A stretch of DNA of 64,000 nt from Candidatus Daviesbacteria bacterium (GCA_016183305.1 JACPEW010000018.1:2280-66279), one strand, 5' to 3'; positions 8,875-19,268 are shown, counted from the stretch's first letter. A program made the numbers and translations. The notes: a model not told the origin generated them from the sequence alone.

Positions 8875-10718
8875 AACACAGTTTTAATAATACTCTCTTT
8901 AGAAATGCCTTCAAAATCCAGTAGTTCCTCTGGTTTACCACTACCAACTATTTTCCTGACTGCCAAAGAAATAACCCTGGGTGCCAATAGATTTTCACCC
9001 CCCAGGTGGAAAAGAGCGCTTCCTACTGCTTCAGCTATCCCTCCTTCCGGGAAATGATCCTCTACCACAATAATAGCTTTAGTTTCTTTGGCTGCTTTTT
9101 TTAAAGAAGCAGTATCTACTGGCTTAATGCTATATAAATCAATAACCCTAATTAAAATCCCTTCTTTTTTAAGCTCTTCGAAAGCTGCTAAAGCCTCATG
9201 CAGGGTTATTCCAGCTCCGACTACTGTTACTAGATCCTTAGAACTCTTTTTTAAGGTTTTGCTGCCACCTATTGGGAAATCTTCATCTGGTTTGTAAAGT
9301 ATTGGGGTATCTTTTCTGGTGGTACGGATGTAAACATTGCCCTCATGTTTTGCAGCCTCTTCGGTCAACTTTTCTGTAGATATAGCATCAGAAGGGTATA
9401 AAACAACACTGTTTAACATACTTCTAAACATTGCTATATCTTCCAAGCCCATTTGGGAAGGTCCATCTTCTCCTATGGAAACACCAGCATGGGAACCACA
9501 AACTTTAATATTAGCCTCAGAATACTGGCTCATCCTGATTTGGTCATGGGCCCGGGTTAAAAAAGCTGCAAAAGTAGAGATAAAGGGGATTTTCCCTCTT
9601 CTGGATAAGCCTAAGGCTGTTCCTGCCATATTCTGTTCGGCAATATACATTTCAAAAAAATGCTCAGGATAAGCTTTGCCAAATATTTCAGCATAAGTAG
9701 AATTTCCTACTTCTGCATCCAATACCACTATATTAGGATATTGGGGAAATATTCTTGCCAGAGCATTACCATAAGCCTTTCTAGTAGCTACTTGCTCTCC
9801 TTCTTGATAATTTACTTTTGAATTTTGACTTGTAGTTTTGACCTTTGACTTTTGACCTTTGACTTTTGTTGGCTTTTCCACCTTCCCTCTAATTTTCATA
9901 TCAATATCCCCTAATTCTTGTTTTGCTTTTTCCAGCTCTTCTGTTTTTAAGGCTTTCCCGTGCCAGCCATCCTTGTTTTGCAAAAATGACACCCCTTTAC
10001 CTTTAATTGTTTTGGCAATAATCATTGTTGGTAAACCCTTGGTATTAAAAGCTTCAGTATATGCTTTAGCAATATCACTAAATGAGTGGCCATCAATGGG
10101 AATAGCGTTCCAGCCAAATGCTTTGGCCTTTTTCTCATAAGCTTTTAAATCATGGCCATACATAGTTTTCCCCCGTTGGCCTAAACCATTAACATCTATA
10201 ATGCCTATTAAGTTATCTAATTTATAATGAGAAGCAAGTTGCAAAGCTTCCCAAACAGATCCTTCTGTCATTTCACTATCTCCCAGTAAAACAAAAGTTT
10301 TATATGGCAGCTTATCTAAATACTTAGCATTTAAGGCCATTCCTAAACCAATAGAAAGTCCCTGGCCCAAAGATCCCGTAGCTGCTTCTGCGTAAGGGAA
10401 AACTGGCCTGGGATGACCCTCTAATGCGCTTCCAATTTTCCGGTAAGTAGCAAGCTCCTCATCATTAATTTTTCCAGCCAAATAAAAAAGGGAATAGAAT
10501 AAAGGAGAGGCATGGCCTTTAGAAAAGATTAACCTGTCGTTATTAGGATTACTAGGATTGTTTAAATCAGCTCTAAAAAACCCTCCAAAAAGGAGGGAAA
10601 TCATTAGGTCTGTGGCTGAAAGAGAGGATGTGGGGTGGCCAGAGCCTGCTTGGCTGCTCATCAGCAAACTTAAGTAACGGCTGGCTTTTGCAAGTTTTAC
10701 TAAATACTGCCCACTCAT
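8844..10718 (-). CDS. tkt: transketolase
   Basis: SGHPTSSLS, LEGHP, ATGSLGQG, GDSEMTEGSVWEA, IAEQNM, GEDGPSQM. Confidence 0.95.
   Translation of the reverse strand: MSGQYLVKLAKASRYLSLLMSSQAGSGHPTSSLSATDLMISLLFGGFFRADLNNPSNPNNDRLIFSKGHASPLFYSLFYLAGKINDEELATYRKIGSALEGHPRPVFPYAEAATGSLGQGLSIGLGMALNAKYLDKLPYKTFVLLGDSEMTEGSVWEALQLASHYKLDNLIGIIDVNGLGQRGKTMYGHDLKAYEKKAKAFGWNAIPIDGHSFSDIAKAYTEAFNTKGLPTMIIAKTIKGKGVSFLQNKDGWHGKALKTEELEKAKQELGDIDMKIRGKVEKPTKVKGQKSKVKTTSQNSKVNYQEGEQVATRKAYGNALARIFPQYPNIVVLDAEVGNSTYAEIFGKAYPEHFFEMYIAEQNMAGTALGLSRRGKIPFISTFAAFLTRAHDQIRMSQYSEANIKVCGSHAGVSIGEDGPSQMGLEDIAMFRSMLNSVVLYPSDAISTEKLTEEAAKHEGNVYIRTTRKDTPILYKPDEDFPIGGSKTLKKSSKDLVTVVGAGITLHEALAAFEELKKEGILIRVIDLYSIKPVDTASLKKAAKETKAIIVVEDHFPEGGIAEAVGSALFHLGGENLLAPRVISLAVRKIVGSGKPEELLDFEGISKESIIKTVLSFRTPIKSG
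8974..9011 (-). repeat. CCACC-N5-GGTG hairpin repeat inside tkt (homolog of 13894-13931)
   Basis: ttccacctggggggtgaaaatctattggcacccagggt aligns ungapped with tcctaccttggaggtaggaatgtattgacacctagagt. Confidence 0.7.
9812..9868 (-). repeat. heptamer (TCAAAAG-type) tract in the tkt interdomain linker
   Basis: aaaagtcaaaggtcaaaagtcaaaggtcaaaactacaagtcaaaattcaaaag encodes KVKGQKSKVKTTSQNSK. Confidence 0.75.
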
Positions 10719-10971
10719 GCCATGTAATATATCACAAAAATACTATTGATGTAACTAAAATTACAGAAAATATTTATCTAAAGAGGTATAAAAGACATAC
10801 CCAGGCTGCCGGTGGGAATAGGTTGGGTGACACGAGTGCCTGATCAAAACCAAGAATTAAAGAAGGTCCTAAAAATTTAAAATATATAAAGCTCAAAGTT
10901 CTTGATCCTGCCCTACAACTGAGTTAAGCTAAAATCTGATACCTGATATAAAAAATAAGACACTGGAGCTA

Positions 10972-12138
10972 ATGCTCCAAAACCGCAGGATTTTTAAGAA
11001 ACACCAGCATACTCTCCCCTCTCCCCAAACCTACCCTTACCAATGGTTGTGGGATTCATGCTTTCATGCAATTATCCTAAGCTATTTTGATTTAAAGGAT
11101 GCTAAAAAGGAGTTACTTTCAGTTATTCAAAAACAATTTGATAATGGGATGGTTCCCCATATGATTTATTGGGAAAAAGAAACTAAAACAGATTTTCCAG
11201 TAATAGAATGGGGCAAGGAAGATACCAGTACTATTACCCAGCCTCCAATGTTAGCTTATGTAGTTTGGGAAATTTTTAAAAAAGACCCTGATAAAGAATT
11301 TTTAAAAAAGATCTACCCTAGCCTAGTTAAATTTTATAATTATTTTCTAGCAGAAAGGGATCCGCACAGAAATCATCTTGTAAGTTTGGTAAACCCGGAT
11401 GAGTCTGGAGAAGATAATTCGCCCCGTTTTGATGTGAGTTTAGGTTTACCAGCCAAACATTCATTTGAAGAGAATTTTCAAAAAAGGCTGGAACTGATTG
11501 AACATAATAAAGAGTGTAATTTTGATACTGTTTTATGCATGAGGAATTTTTTTTGGTTTAAAGATGTGCCAATGAATGCAATTTTCAAGGAAAACCTTGA
11601 AATAATGTCTAAATTATCAGGCCAATTAGCAGATAAAGAAAATGAAGCTTTTTATCAGGATAAAGCAGAAAGAGCAAGAGAGGGTATGAGGGAATTAATG
11701 CTTGAGGATAAGGTTTTTTGGTCAATATATTTTGATTCTGAAAAAGGAAGCTTCCAGAAAGTTAAAATAAAAACCTGGGCAATCTTTGCTCCTCTTTTTG
11801 CAGGAATTCCCACTAAAGAAGAAGCAGATTATATAGTTGAAAGATTTCTCTTAAATAATAGTGAGTTTAATACGCCGTTTATGGTACCTACTGTCTCTCT
11901 TGCTGAACCTTCATTTGATGCTAGCAATTTTTGGAGAGGGCCAGTTTGGATAGGGGTTAATTGGTTTGTAGTTAAAGGTTTAAAAAGATATGGATATGAT
12001 AATTTAGCTAAAAAGATTACTGAGGGCAGTTTATCTTTACTGGGGAAAAGCGGTTTTAGGGAATATTTTAATCCTTTAACAGGGGAAGGTTTAGGAGCAA
12101 AGGATTTTACCTGGGGTGGTTTAGTCTTGGATATGTAA
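10972..12138 (+). CDS. GH63/MGH1-like glycoside hydrolase, paralog 2
   Basis: same motifs as 734-1927, alignable over the full length. Confidence 0.85.
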   Translation: MLQNRRIFKKHQHTLPSPQTYPYQWLWDSCFHAIILSYFDLKDAKKELLSVIQKQFDNGMVPHMIYWEKETKTDFPVIEWGKEDTSTITQPPMLAYVVWEIFKKDPDKEFLKKIYPSLVKFYNYFLAERDPHRNHLVSLVNPDESGEDNSPRFDVSLGLPAKHSFEENFQKRLELIEHNKECNFDTVLCMRNFFWFKDVPMNAIFKENLEIMSKLSGQLADKENEAFYQDKAERAREGMRELMLEDKVFWSIYFDSEKGSFQKVKIKTWAIFAPLFAGIPTKEEADYIVERFLLNNSEFNTPFMVPTVSLAEPSFDASNFWRGPVWIGVNWFVVKGLKRYGYDNLAKKITEGSLSLLGKSGFREYFNPLTGEGLGAKDFTWGGLVLDM

Positions 12139-12140
12139 TT

Positions 12141-12818
12141 TTAATCCTCAATCTTTTTTAGAAGCTGGGCTTTTTTTCTGGAAAAAAGCACTAGAGCAGA
12201 GATCCAACCAAATAAAAATCCTCCCACATGAGGTAGAAATGCTATCCCTCCCCCGCTGGTATTTAAAGAAATTGATAAAAAGCCACTAAAAAGTTGGGTG
12301 ATAAACCAGTAAAAAAGCAAAATATATGCTGGGATATTAATTATGGTGATAAAAAAGAAAATAAAAACTAAGGTTTTGACTTTTGCAGAAGGAAAAAGGG
12401 CAAAATATGCACCCAATATTCCTGCTACAGCTCCAGAGGCTCCTAACATTGGGATAGATTCTCCAGGGGTAAAAACAAATTGGGTTAAAGCAGCAACAAC
12501 TCCTCCTAAGAGGTAGAAAAAAGGAAATAATAGAAAACCTAAAGCAGCTTCCACATTATCCCCAAATACCCATAAAAAAATCATGTTAGAGATGATATGG
12601 ATAAAGCCTCCATGAAGGAACTGGCTGGTAATTAGGGGCAAAAGGCTGTCTAAATTAGCTAAATTTAAATTACCTGGGACAAAAGCATATTGGAGGATAA
12701 AAGCCTCAGTTGAGGGGGCAGTCAGTTCCAGGTAAAAAACATAAATATTAGCAATTAGTATTGCTATTACCCAAAAAGGAAATGTAGATACCCTGTTTTC
12801 ATCCCTAAGAGGTATCAT
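12141..12818 (-). CDS. rhomboid intramembrane serine protease
   Basis: FLHGGFIHIISNM, GASGAV, HVGGF. Confidence 0.93.
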   Translation of the reverse strand: MIPLRDENRVSTFPFWVIAILIANIYVFYLELTAPSTEAFILQYAFVPGNLNLANLDSLLPLITSQFLHGGFIHIISNMIFLWVFGDNVEAALGFLLFPFFYLLGGVVAALTQFVFTPGESIPMLGASGAVAGILGAYFALFPSAKVKTLVFIFFFITIINIPAYILLFYWFITQLFSGFLSISLNTSGGGIAFLPHVGGFLFGWISALVLFSRKKAQLLKKIED

Positions 12819-12914
12819 AGGATTAAAGTCTATTAAAAAAGTTTAACGGTGGGATAAGAACAGGGTAAGAAATAGGTTGCAAAACACTCTTTAAAGCTGT
12901 AATAATATAGAGGT

Positions 12915-13652
12915 ATGCTTTCTAGGTTTATTACTCCTTTCGCCTGGTTAGCTAGTTTTTTTATCCTTCTGTTTTTATACACCAGGTTATTTGGTCCAGT
13001 GCCTTTTTTAGTAACTAGTGTTACTACTCAAAAATCTACTACTTTTGATGTTACTGGAGAAGGAAAAGTTACTGCCAAACCAGATATAGCTTTTGTCACA
13101 GCTGGAATTTCTGCTGAAGGACAAACAGTAAAAAGTGTCCAGGATCAAATGAGTAATGTGATAAATAAAGTTTCAACAAATTTAAAACAACTGGGGGTAG
13201 ATTCAAAAGATATTCAAACTACCAATTATAATATCCAGCCTAAAATAGATTTTCGGGAAGGGCAAAGGATTACAGGGTTTACAACAAATACTAATCTTCA
13301 AATCAAGGTAAGGCAACTTGATAAAGCAGGTGAGGTGATAGACACAGCAACCTCAAGTGGGGCAAACCAAATTTCTGGGGTAAGCTTTGATATTGATGAT
13401 AAAACTAAATTAGAAGATGAGGCTAGGAAAAAAGCAGTTGAGGAGGCCAAGAAAAAGGCCCAAAGATCTGGCCAAATTGCAGGATTTAAACTAGGAAGGA
13501 TTATTAACTATTCTGAAAATCAAGCAGGTTTTCTAAGGCCGGTATCTTTATCTATGGAAGCTGCTAAAGCTGCTGGTGATACTGCTACCCAAGTTGAACC
13601 AGGTTCTTCTGAGGTTACTATTAATGTTACCTTAAGCTATGAGATTTTGTAG
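12915..13652 (+). CDS. SIMPL (DUF541) domain protein
   Basis: VTGEGKVTAKPD, IQTTNYNIQP, GANQISGVSF, VEPGSSEVTINV. Confidence 0.9.
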   Translation: MLSRFITPFAWLASFFILLFLYTRLFGPVPFLVTSVTTQKSTTFDVTGEGKVTAKPDIAFVTAGISAEGQTVKSVQDQMSNVINKVSTNLKQLGVDSKDIQTTNYNIQPKIDFREGQRITGFTTNTNLQIKVRQLDKAGEVIDTATSSGANQISGVSFDIDDKTKLEDEARKKAVEEAKKKAQRSGQIAGFKLGRIINYSENQAGFLRPVSLSMEAAKAAGDTATQVEPGSSEVTINVTLSYEIL

Positions 13653-13709
13653 TCTTTTGTTGTAATCAGCATTACTGTAATTAATTTCTGTTTAGTATAT
13701 ATTTCAAAT

Positions 13710-13886
13710 ATGCCAATAGATCCTAATATAGTTAGAATTGCTTTGATGATAGTGGTGTTGGGACTGCTATTTTTGGCATTTACTTATCTTATTGATTTTT
13801 TGAGACCCATCCTTATTGCTGTTGTTTTAATTATTATTGCCTATTTAATCTACAGGTATCTTCTTACAGGGACAATAAGCCTTTGA
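13710..13886 (+). CDS. 58-aa two-TM membrane protein (not in the ORF track)
   Basis: MPIDPNIVRIALMIVVLGLLFLAFTYLIDFLRPILIAVVLIIIAYLIYRYLLTGTISL; fills the intergenic gap. Confidence 0.6.
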   Translation: MPIDPNIVRIALMIVVLGLLFLAFTYLIDFLRPILIAVVLIIIAYLIYRYLLTGTISL

Positions 13887-13893
13887 TGAGAAA

Positions 13894-13931
13894 TCCTACC
13901 TTGGAGGTAGGAATGTATTGACACCTAGAGT
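13894..13931 (+). repeat. CCACC-type hairpin repeat forming the 3' end of the GT4 gene
   Basis: tcctaccttggaggtagga hairpin plus a tail homologous to 8974-9011. Confidence 0.7.
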
Positions 13932-15143
13932 TTTAATAAAGTCCTCTGCTGTGTTTTGCCAACTTAGGTTTTGGACTTTATTAAAAACTTCCCGGCTCAT
14001 TTGTTGATGCTCTGCCCTATTTGTTAACAGGTTTTTAATTTTACTGGCTAAAAGGATTGGGTTGCTGGCAGAGGTTAGTAAGGGGCTGTGCTTTTTACCT
14101 AAAAGGTTAGAAATCCCTGCCACATCAGTAATAATTACAGGAACCCCGCAAGCCATAGCCTCTAAAGAGACTTGGCCAAATGATTCATATAAAGAGGGCA
14201 TTACTACTGCTTCTGCAGCATTATAATAATATGGTAATTCTTCCCTGTTTTTTCTACCCACAAACCTAACATAAGCATGTATACCTAAAAGCATTTTTAA
14301 CTCATTTAATCTAATTAGCTCCTCTGACCATTTATTTTTATTGCCGGTATTTAGCCCTCCAACAATCCATAAACAAAAAGTTAATTTAGGGTTTCTTTGG
14401 ACTAAAATTTTGATAGCATATAAAAGCAGATCCAAGCCTTTTAAAGGAGTAATCCTGCCTACAAAAAGAATAATTTTATGTTTTTGATTTGCTTTAATAA
14501 ACTGTTTGGCTTTGAATTTATCGATTGGTTTAAAAAGATTTAAATTAACTCCAGGGGAAAGCAAGGTTATTTTTCCTAAAGGGCAGTTATAAAGGGTATG
14601 GATATATTCTAAATCACTTTTACTTGTTGCTATAATTTTATCTGCCTCTTTAACTAATTTTAACTCTGATTTAACTCTTTCTAAATCTTCTTTCTCCATC
14701 TCACTTCTTGCTACTAAATTCTTCATCAAAGCCAAAGTATGGAAGGTAAGGTATAAGGGGATTTTAAATTTCTTCTTAATTTCTAAACCCACCAGTCCCG
14801 AAAGCCAATAATGGGAGCCGATAAGATCATATGATAAAGATTCTTTTTTAATAAATGCCAGAAGTTTACTGGTAAATTCAGGGACTAACTCCAGCAGTTT
14901 ACTTATAGGGACTAGTGTAGGTTTCCCTGCCTGAAGATGAATAACACGCAGGTTTGGCAGGACTTGGACAATATTGCAGTTATCTTTATCCACACACCTG
15001 GTATAGATATCTATATTTAAACCCTTTTGGCATAAAGCTTTTGATAGTTCCAGCACATAAGTATTCATTCCTCCTGTCTCAGTATTTTTCTCATCTGACA
15101 AAGGACAGGTATGGAAAGAGATCACACAAAGCCTTTTAATCAT
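13896..15143 (-). CDS. GT4 glycosyltransferase, MshA-like
   Basis: HTCPL...GGMNTYV, SHYWLSG, TFHTL, FVGRITPLKG, ESFGQVSLEAMACG; start MIKRL at 15143. Confidence 0.85.
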   Translation of the reverse strand: MIKRLCVISFHTCPLSDEKNTETGGMNTYVLELSKALCQKGLNIDIYTRCVDKDNCNIVQVLPNLRVIHLQAGKPTLVPISKLLELVPEFTSKLLAFIKKESLSYDLIGSHYWLSGLVGLEIKKKFKIPLYLTFHTLALMKNLVARSEMEKEDLERVKSELKLVKEADKIIATSKSDLEYIHTLYNCPLGKITLLSPGVNLNLFKPIDKFKAKQFIKANQKHKIILFVGRITPLKGLDLLLYAIKILVQRNPKLTFCLWIVGGLNTGNKNKWSEELIRLNELKMLLGIHAYVRFVGRKNREELPYYYNAAEAVVMPSLYESFGQVSLEAMACGVPVIITDVAGISNLLGKKHSPLLTSASNPILLASKIKNLLTNRAEHQQMSREVFNKVQNLSWQNTAEDFIKTLGVNTFLPPR

Positions 15144-15215
15144 TTGGATATTATATACATAAATGGTAGCTTTTCTCACTGAGATTACTTGATATATGTG
15201 ATATAACAAAAATAT

Positions 15216-15791
15216 ATGGAGAAGATAACCTTGGGTGGAGGATGTTTTTGGTGCACAGAGGCAATCTTTAGGAGGCTAAAAGGGGTAACTAAGGTTACCT
15301 CTGGGTATGCTGGTGGCAAAGGAGAAAATCCAACATATTCAGAAGTTAGTACTGGAGAAACTGGGTTTGTAGAGTCTGTCCAAATTGAGTTTGACCCCAA
15401 GATTCTATCCCTTGATAATTTATTAGATGTTTTTTGGGCTACTCATGATCCTACTACTTTAAACAGGCAGGGACCAGACGTAGGCACCCAATATAAATCA
15501 ATGATTTTTTATCAGGGTGAGAAACAAAAGGAGATTGCTGAAAAGTCTAAAGAAAAAATGGATAAATCTGGGGAGCTAAAGGGTAAGATAGTTACACAGA
15601 TTCTATTTTTGGACAAATTCTATACAGCTGAGGAATATCATCAAAACTATTATGAGAAAAATAAGGATACAAATTCCTACTGTTCTTTGGTAATAGATCC
15701 AAAGATTGAGAAATTAATTAATAAGTTTAATAACTTAGTAAGAGAAGAAGGGGCTGCAATGACAAGTGGGGCTTGCGAGGACAGGAGATAG
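15216..15791 (+). CDS. msrA: peptide-methionine (S)-S-oxide reductase
   Basis: GGGCFWC, HDPTTLNRQGPDVGTQY, AEEYHQNYY. Confidence 0.95.
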   Translation: MEKITLGGGCFWCTEAIFRRLKGVTKVTSGYAGGKGENPTYSEVSTGETGFVESVQIEFDPKILSLDNLLDVFWATHDPTTLNRQGPDVGTQYKSMIFYQGEKQKEIAEKSKEKMDKSGELKGKIVTQILFLDKFYTAEEYHQNYYEKNKDTNSYCSLVIDPKIEKLINKFNNLVREEGAAMTSGACEDRR

Positions 15792-15801
15792 AAAGGAATT
15801 T

Positions 15802-16206
15802 ATGAAAGAACTACGTTCCCACCTTAAAGGTGGGAAGCTAAATAAAAAACTGACACTTGAGCAATATAATATTTGTTTTCTAAAGGGTACTGAGCCTCCT
15901 TTTTCTGGAAAATATACTAATAATCATGAGCCAGGGATGTATGCTTGTGTAGTTTGTGGTACTAAACTTTTTTCTTCTGATAGTAAGTTTGACTCAGAAA
16001 CTGGCTGGCCTTCTTTTGATAGACCTTTTGCTAACAAGAATATTTCTTATTCTGAAGATTATTCTATGGGCATGAGAAGGATTGAGGTTATGTGTAAAAA
16101 ATGTGGTTCCCACTTAGGCCATGTGTTTGATGATGGCCCAACTTCTACTGGCAAAAGATTCTGTATCAATTCCCTAGCCTTAGATTTCATTGCGAATCAA
16201 GACTAA
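15802..16206 (+). CDS. msrB: peptide-methionine (R)-S-oxide reductase
   Basis: GTEPPFSG, GWPSF, HLGHVFDDGP, RFCINS; ATG at 15802 after AAGGA. Confidence 0.95.
   Translation: MKELRSHLKGGKLNKKLTLEQYNICFLKGTEPPFSGKYTNNHEPGMYACVVCGTKLFSSDSKFDSETGWPSFDRPFANKNISYSEDYSMGMRRIEVMCKKCGSHLGHVFDDGPTSTGKRFCINSLALDFIANQD
15809..15842 (+). repeat. TTCCCAC-N7-GTGGGAA hairpin repeat in frame in msrB (homolog of 21050-21083)
   Basis: aactacgttcccaccttaaaggtgggaagctaaa vs aactacattcccacatcggaagtgggaagctaaa. Confidence 0.75.
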
Positions 16207-17036
16207 CGAAGTGTCATTCCCAAAAAAGAAATTCCAGCTTGAAATAAAAGGTATAATCCAAAAACAATACTTAATAATCCTGAAGCTGTTACCAGGTAGT
16301 GGTTTATAATTTTACTTTCCCTTTTTAAGAGGATAATTGAGGCCCCTATTCCTAAAGTTAGAATCATCATGCCAGTAATGATACCAATATGGAAAACAAG
16401 CAGGTAAATTATTGATAAAACTGTATTTTGTATGGTGCTTAGAATTAACAAAGCTATGGCAGTGCTGCCTGCTAAACCATGGATGAGCCCAATTACCAGT
16501 GGTCTGATAGTTTGAAATAATCCTAAATGATGAAAATTGCCAGCTATGGATTTCATAGTTGTCATTCCGAGCGAGGCCAGAGGCCGAGTGTAGGAATCTT
16601 GATTAAGAGAGATTGTCACGCCCTTCGGGCTCGCAATGACAGAATGTAAGTGGAGATGGGAATGTTGGTGGCCTTGGTTATCTAAATGTGAATGCTTATG
16701 GATAGTTACTGGTGTAAGTTTGTCTTGTATTTTTGAAGATATGCCAGATAAATTTAAAACTCCTAAGATAATTAACATTAGACCTACAACAAGCTCCATA
16801 ATTTGTTCCAAGCCTGAAGGTACTACAAAAGAGAATATAATAATTGGGATTGCTACTAAAGTAACTGTGATAGAATGCCCTATTCCCCACAAGGCACCTA
16901 TTAAAGCAGTATTTAAAATCCCTTTCTTTTGTTTAGCAATAATAGTGGTGATTGCTACAATATGGTCAGGATCTGTGGCATGACGCATTCCTAAAAGAAA
17001 ACTTAAACTTAAAATACTAATTATTTGCGCATACAT
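16203..17036 (-). CDS. HoxN/UreH-like nickel/cobalt transporter
   Basis: GMRHATDPDH, WGIGHS, His-rich loop, GLIHGLAGS. Confidence 0.85.
   Translation of the reverse strand: MYAQIISILSLSFLLGMRHATDPDHIVAITTIIAKQKKGILNTALIGALWGIGHSITVTLVAIPIIIFSFVVPSGLEQIMELVVGLMLIILGVLNLSGISSKIQDKLTPVTIHKHSHLDNQGHQHSHLHLHSVIASPKGVTISLNQDSYTRPLASLGMTTMKSIAGNFHHLGLFQTIRPLVIGLIHGLAGSTAIALLILSTIQNTVLSIIYLLVFHIGIITGMMILTLGIGASIILLKRESKIINHYLVTASGLLSIVFGLYLLFQAGISFLGMTLR
16561..16640. repeat. GTCAT...ATGAC palindromic element, copy 3, in frame in the Ni transporter
   Basis: gtcattccgagcgagg...ggaatc...gagattgtcacgcccttcgggctcgcaatgac; read as VIASPKGVTISLNQDSYTRPLASLGMT. Confidence 0.9.
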
Positions 17037-17096
17037 AAACTTAGATTATATCCTTTTTGTTAGAATATATATAATATAAATAACTAACAAAGTAGT

Positions 17097-17555
17097 ATGG
17101 GTAATGATCAATTAGGGCAATTCCTCAAAACAGTAGATAAATCTAAATTTACTAACAAGCCTTATATAAAAAAATTGGAAAAGCCCTGGGGATACGAACT
17201 TCACTTTGTTCCAGAAGGATTACCATATATGGGCAAGCTGCTGCATATTCAGGCTGGTAAGAGATTGAGTTTACAAGCCCATGATGCAAAACTGGAAAGC
17301 TGGTTTTTATTAAATGGTCAGGCAGCTGTTATTTGGGAAAATACTAATGGTGATCTTGTTGAGACAAAAATGGAGAATGAAGTAGGTTATACTTGTAATT
17401 TAGGCCAAAAACACAGGTTGATGGGTATTACAGATTGCGGTATTTTGGAAGTTTCCACCCCAGAGTTAGGTAATACTTATAGATTAGAAGATGATTATGC
17501 CAGGCCTACAGAAACAGAAGAAATGAGAAAAGATCCAAACAGAGGCTGGAAATAA
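17097..17555 (+). CDS. cupin domain protein (mannose-6-phosphate-isomerase type II-like)
   Basis: EKPWGYE, RLSLQAH..K.ESW, KHRL, EVSTPE...RLEDDY. Confidence 0.8.
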   Translation: MGNDQLGQFLKTVDKSKFTNKPYIKKLEKPWGYELHFVPEGLPYMGKLLHIQAGKRLSLQAHDAKLESWFLLNGQAAVIWENTNGDLVETKMENEVGYTCNLGQKHRLMGITDCGILEVSTPELGNTYRLEDDYARPTETEEMRKDPNRGWK

Positions 17556-17602
17556 TCTCACATGCTTGCTAGAGATATTACTATAAAGAATTATTCCCAA
17601 TA

Positions 17603-19072
17603 ATGAATTCAAATCCAGAACTTAAAGCTGTTGTAATACAAGGTGGTATGGGAGTTGGTGTTTCCAGGTATCCCTTAACAAGAGCAGTTTCTCTGGCAGG
17701 AGAAAAATTAGGGGTTCCAATCATGGGAACCTTGTCTGGAACAGGAATCGGACCGGTAGTTGCAAGGATATTGCAAAATGGTGATCCAGGGGGACATTAC
17801 CAAAGAGCTTTCGAAGCTTTCCCGAATCAGAAAATGGCAGAGCATGTTTGGAATACATATTATATCGAAGGTGGAAAAGCTGCGGATAAGTCATATAAAC
17901 CAACTCCGATGGTGAATTTTGTGCTAGGTCAGAATGTTGCAGAGCTAATAATTTGTGCTAACTTTGCAGAGGTTTGGTTAGGTAAGCAAGATCATAATCG
18001 GCCAATAGCTATTAATTACCTTGAAAAGATACAAACACCCCACCTTCCGGAGCTTTATGGTGCGATGTTGGCCGGAGTGGATGTTGTGATAATGGGAGCA
18101 GGGATTCCGGATCAGGTGCCAGGTGTCTTGGATAAGTTTTCCAGAGGTCAACCGGCGTCGTATCTGATAGATGTGGATGGAAAGAGATTACCGGAGAATG
18201 CAATGATATTTAACCCTTCTGTATATACTCATGTCACTCAGTTAAAGCGCCCAGATTTTTATGCCATTGTAGCTTCCAATGTTTTAGCTAAGGTTCTCAA
18301 AGTAAGACAAAAAAATATTGGAGGAGTGAATGGATTCATTGTAGAAAATTCTAAAGCAGGAGGACATAATGCGCCTCCAAGAGAAAAGAACCAATTTAAC
18401 AAAAGAGGTGAGCCTGTTTATGGGCCAAAGGATGAAGTTAATCTAAAAGAACTGGCAAATTTAAATGTACCATTTTGGTTGGCAGGTGCTTATGCCGATC
18501 CTCAGAAGATAGCGGAAGCTATTGTGGCGGGTGCGTCAGGCATTCAGGCAGGTAGCATATTTGCTCTTTGTGAGGAATCAGGGTTAAGAGACGATCTAAA
18601 GCGGTCGATCATAAAACTCGCTTTTGAGGGCAAATTGGATGTTATCTCAGATCCTAGATGTTCCCCTTCCGGTTTTCCTTTTAATGTGGTACAGCTTTCG
18701 GATACTATATCTGATCCAAAAGTTTATGGGGCAAGACTCAGGATTTGTGATATAGGGTATCTCCGTCAGGCTTATAGGGAAAATGATGAGGGTGGGGTTC
18801 GTTTTCATTGTCCCGCTGAACCGGTTAAAACATATACTAAACGTGGGGGGAGGATTGAAGACACTGAGGGCAGAGTGTGTCTTTGTAACAACCTTTTCGC
18901 TGCAGCTGGTTTAGGTCAAATAAGAAACGGTGAATTAGAGCCGGCAATAGTAACCTTAGGTCATGACTGGGGATTTATTCGATATTTAATTACTAATGGA
19001 AATGGAAGGTATACAGCAGAAAATGCAATTACCTACTTATTTGGGAATCAAGCTCTGAAGGCTGCTGTTTAA
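17603..19072 (+). CDS. nitronate monooxygenase (2-nitropropane dioxygenase) family FMN enzyme
   Basis: IQGGMGVGVS, MGAGIP, AGGHNAPPR, VPFWLAG, GIQAGSIF, CLCNNL. Confidence 0.85.
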   Translation: MNSNPELKAVVIQGGMGVGVSRYPLTRAVSLAGEKLGVPIMGTLSGTGIGPVVARILQNGDPGGHYQRAFEAFPNQKMAEHVWNTYYIEGGKAADKSYKPTPMVNFVLGQNVAELIICANFAEVWLGKQDHNRPIAINYLEKIQTPHLPELYGAMLAGVDVVIMGAGIPDQVPGVLDKFSRGQPASYLIDVDGKRLPENAMIFNPSVYTHVTQLKRPDFYAIVASNVLAKVLKVRQKNIGGVNGFIVENSKAGGHNAPPREKNQFNKRGEPVYGPKDEVNLKELANLNVPFWLAGAYADPQKIAEAIVAGASGIQAGSIFALCEESGLRDDLKRSIIKLAFEGKLDVISDPRCSPSGFPFNVVQLSDTISDPKVYGARLRICDIGYLRQAYRENDEGGVRFHCPAEPVKTYTKRGGRIEDTEGRVCLCNNLFAAAGLGQIRNGELEPAIVTLGHDWGFIRYLITNGNGRYTAENAITYLFGNQALKAAV

Positions 19073-19268
19073 TTCTGGATTGTTAAAATATTGAAGCAGT
19101 TTTTGAGTAGTTTCTGTGGGACTTTTTATTAGATACTTTTGGCCTATCCCTAAGCCAATAAAAAAACTACCAGTAAGATCAGGAAATTTTTACCAAAGGC
19201 TTTGGGGTTAAGTTTATTGAACATATTGTCAGCTTGTTAAAATTGTACTAAAGTATTGTAAATTACTT

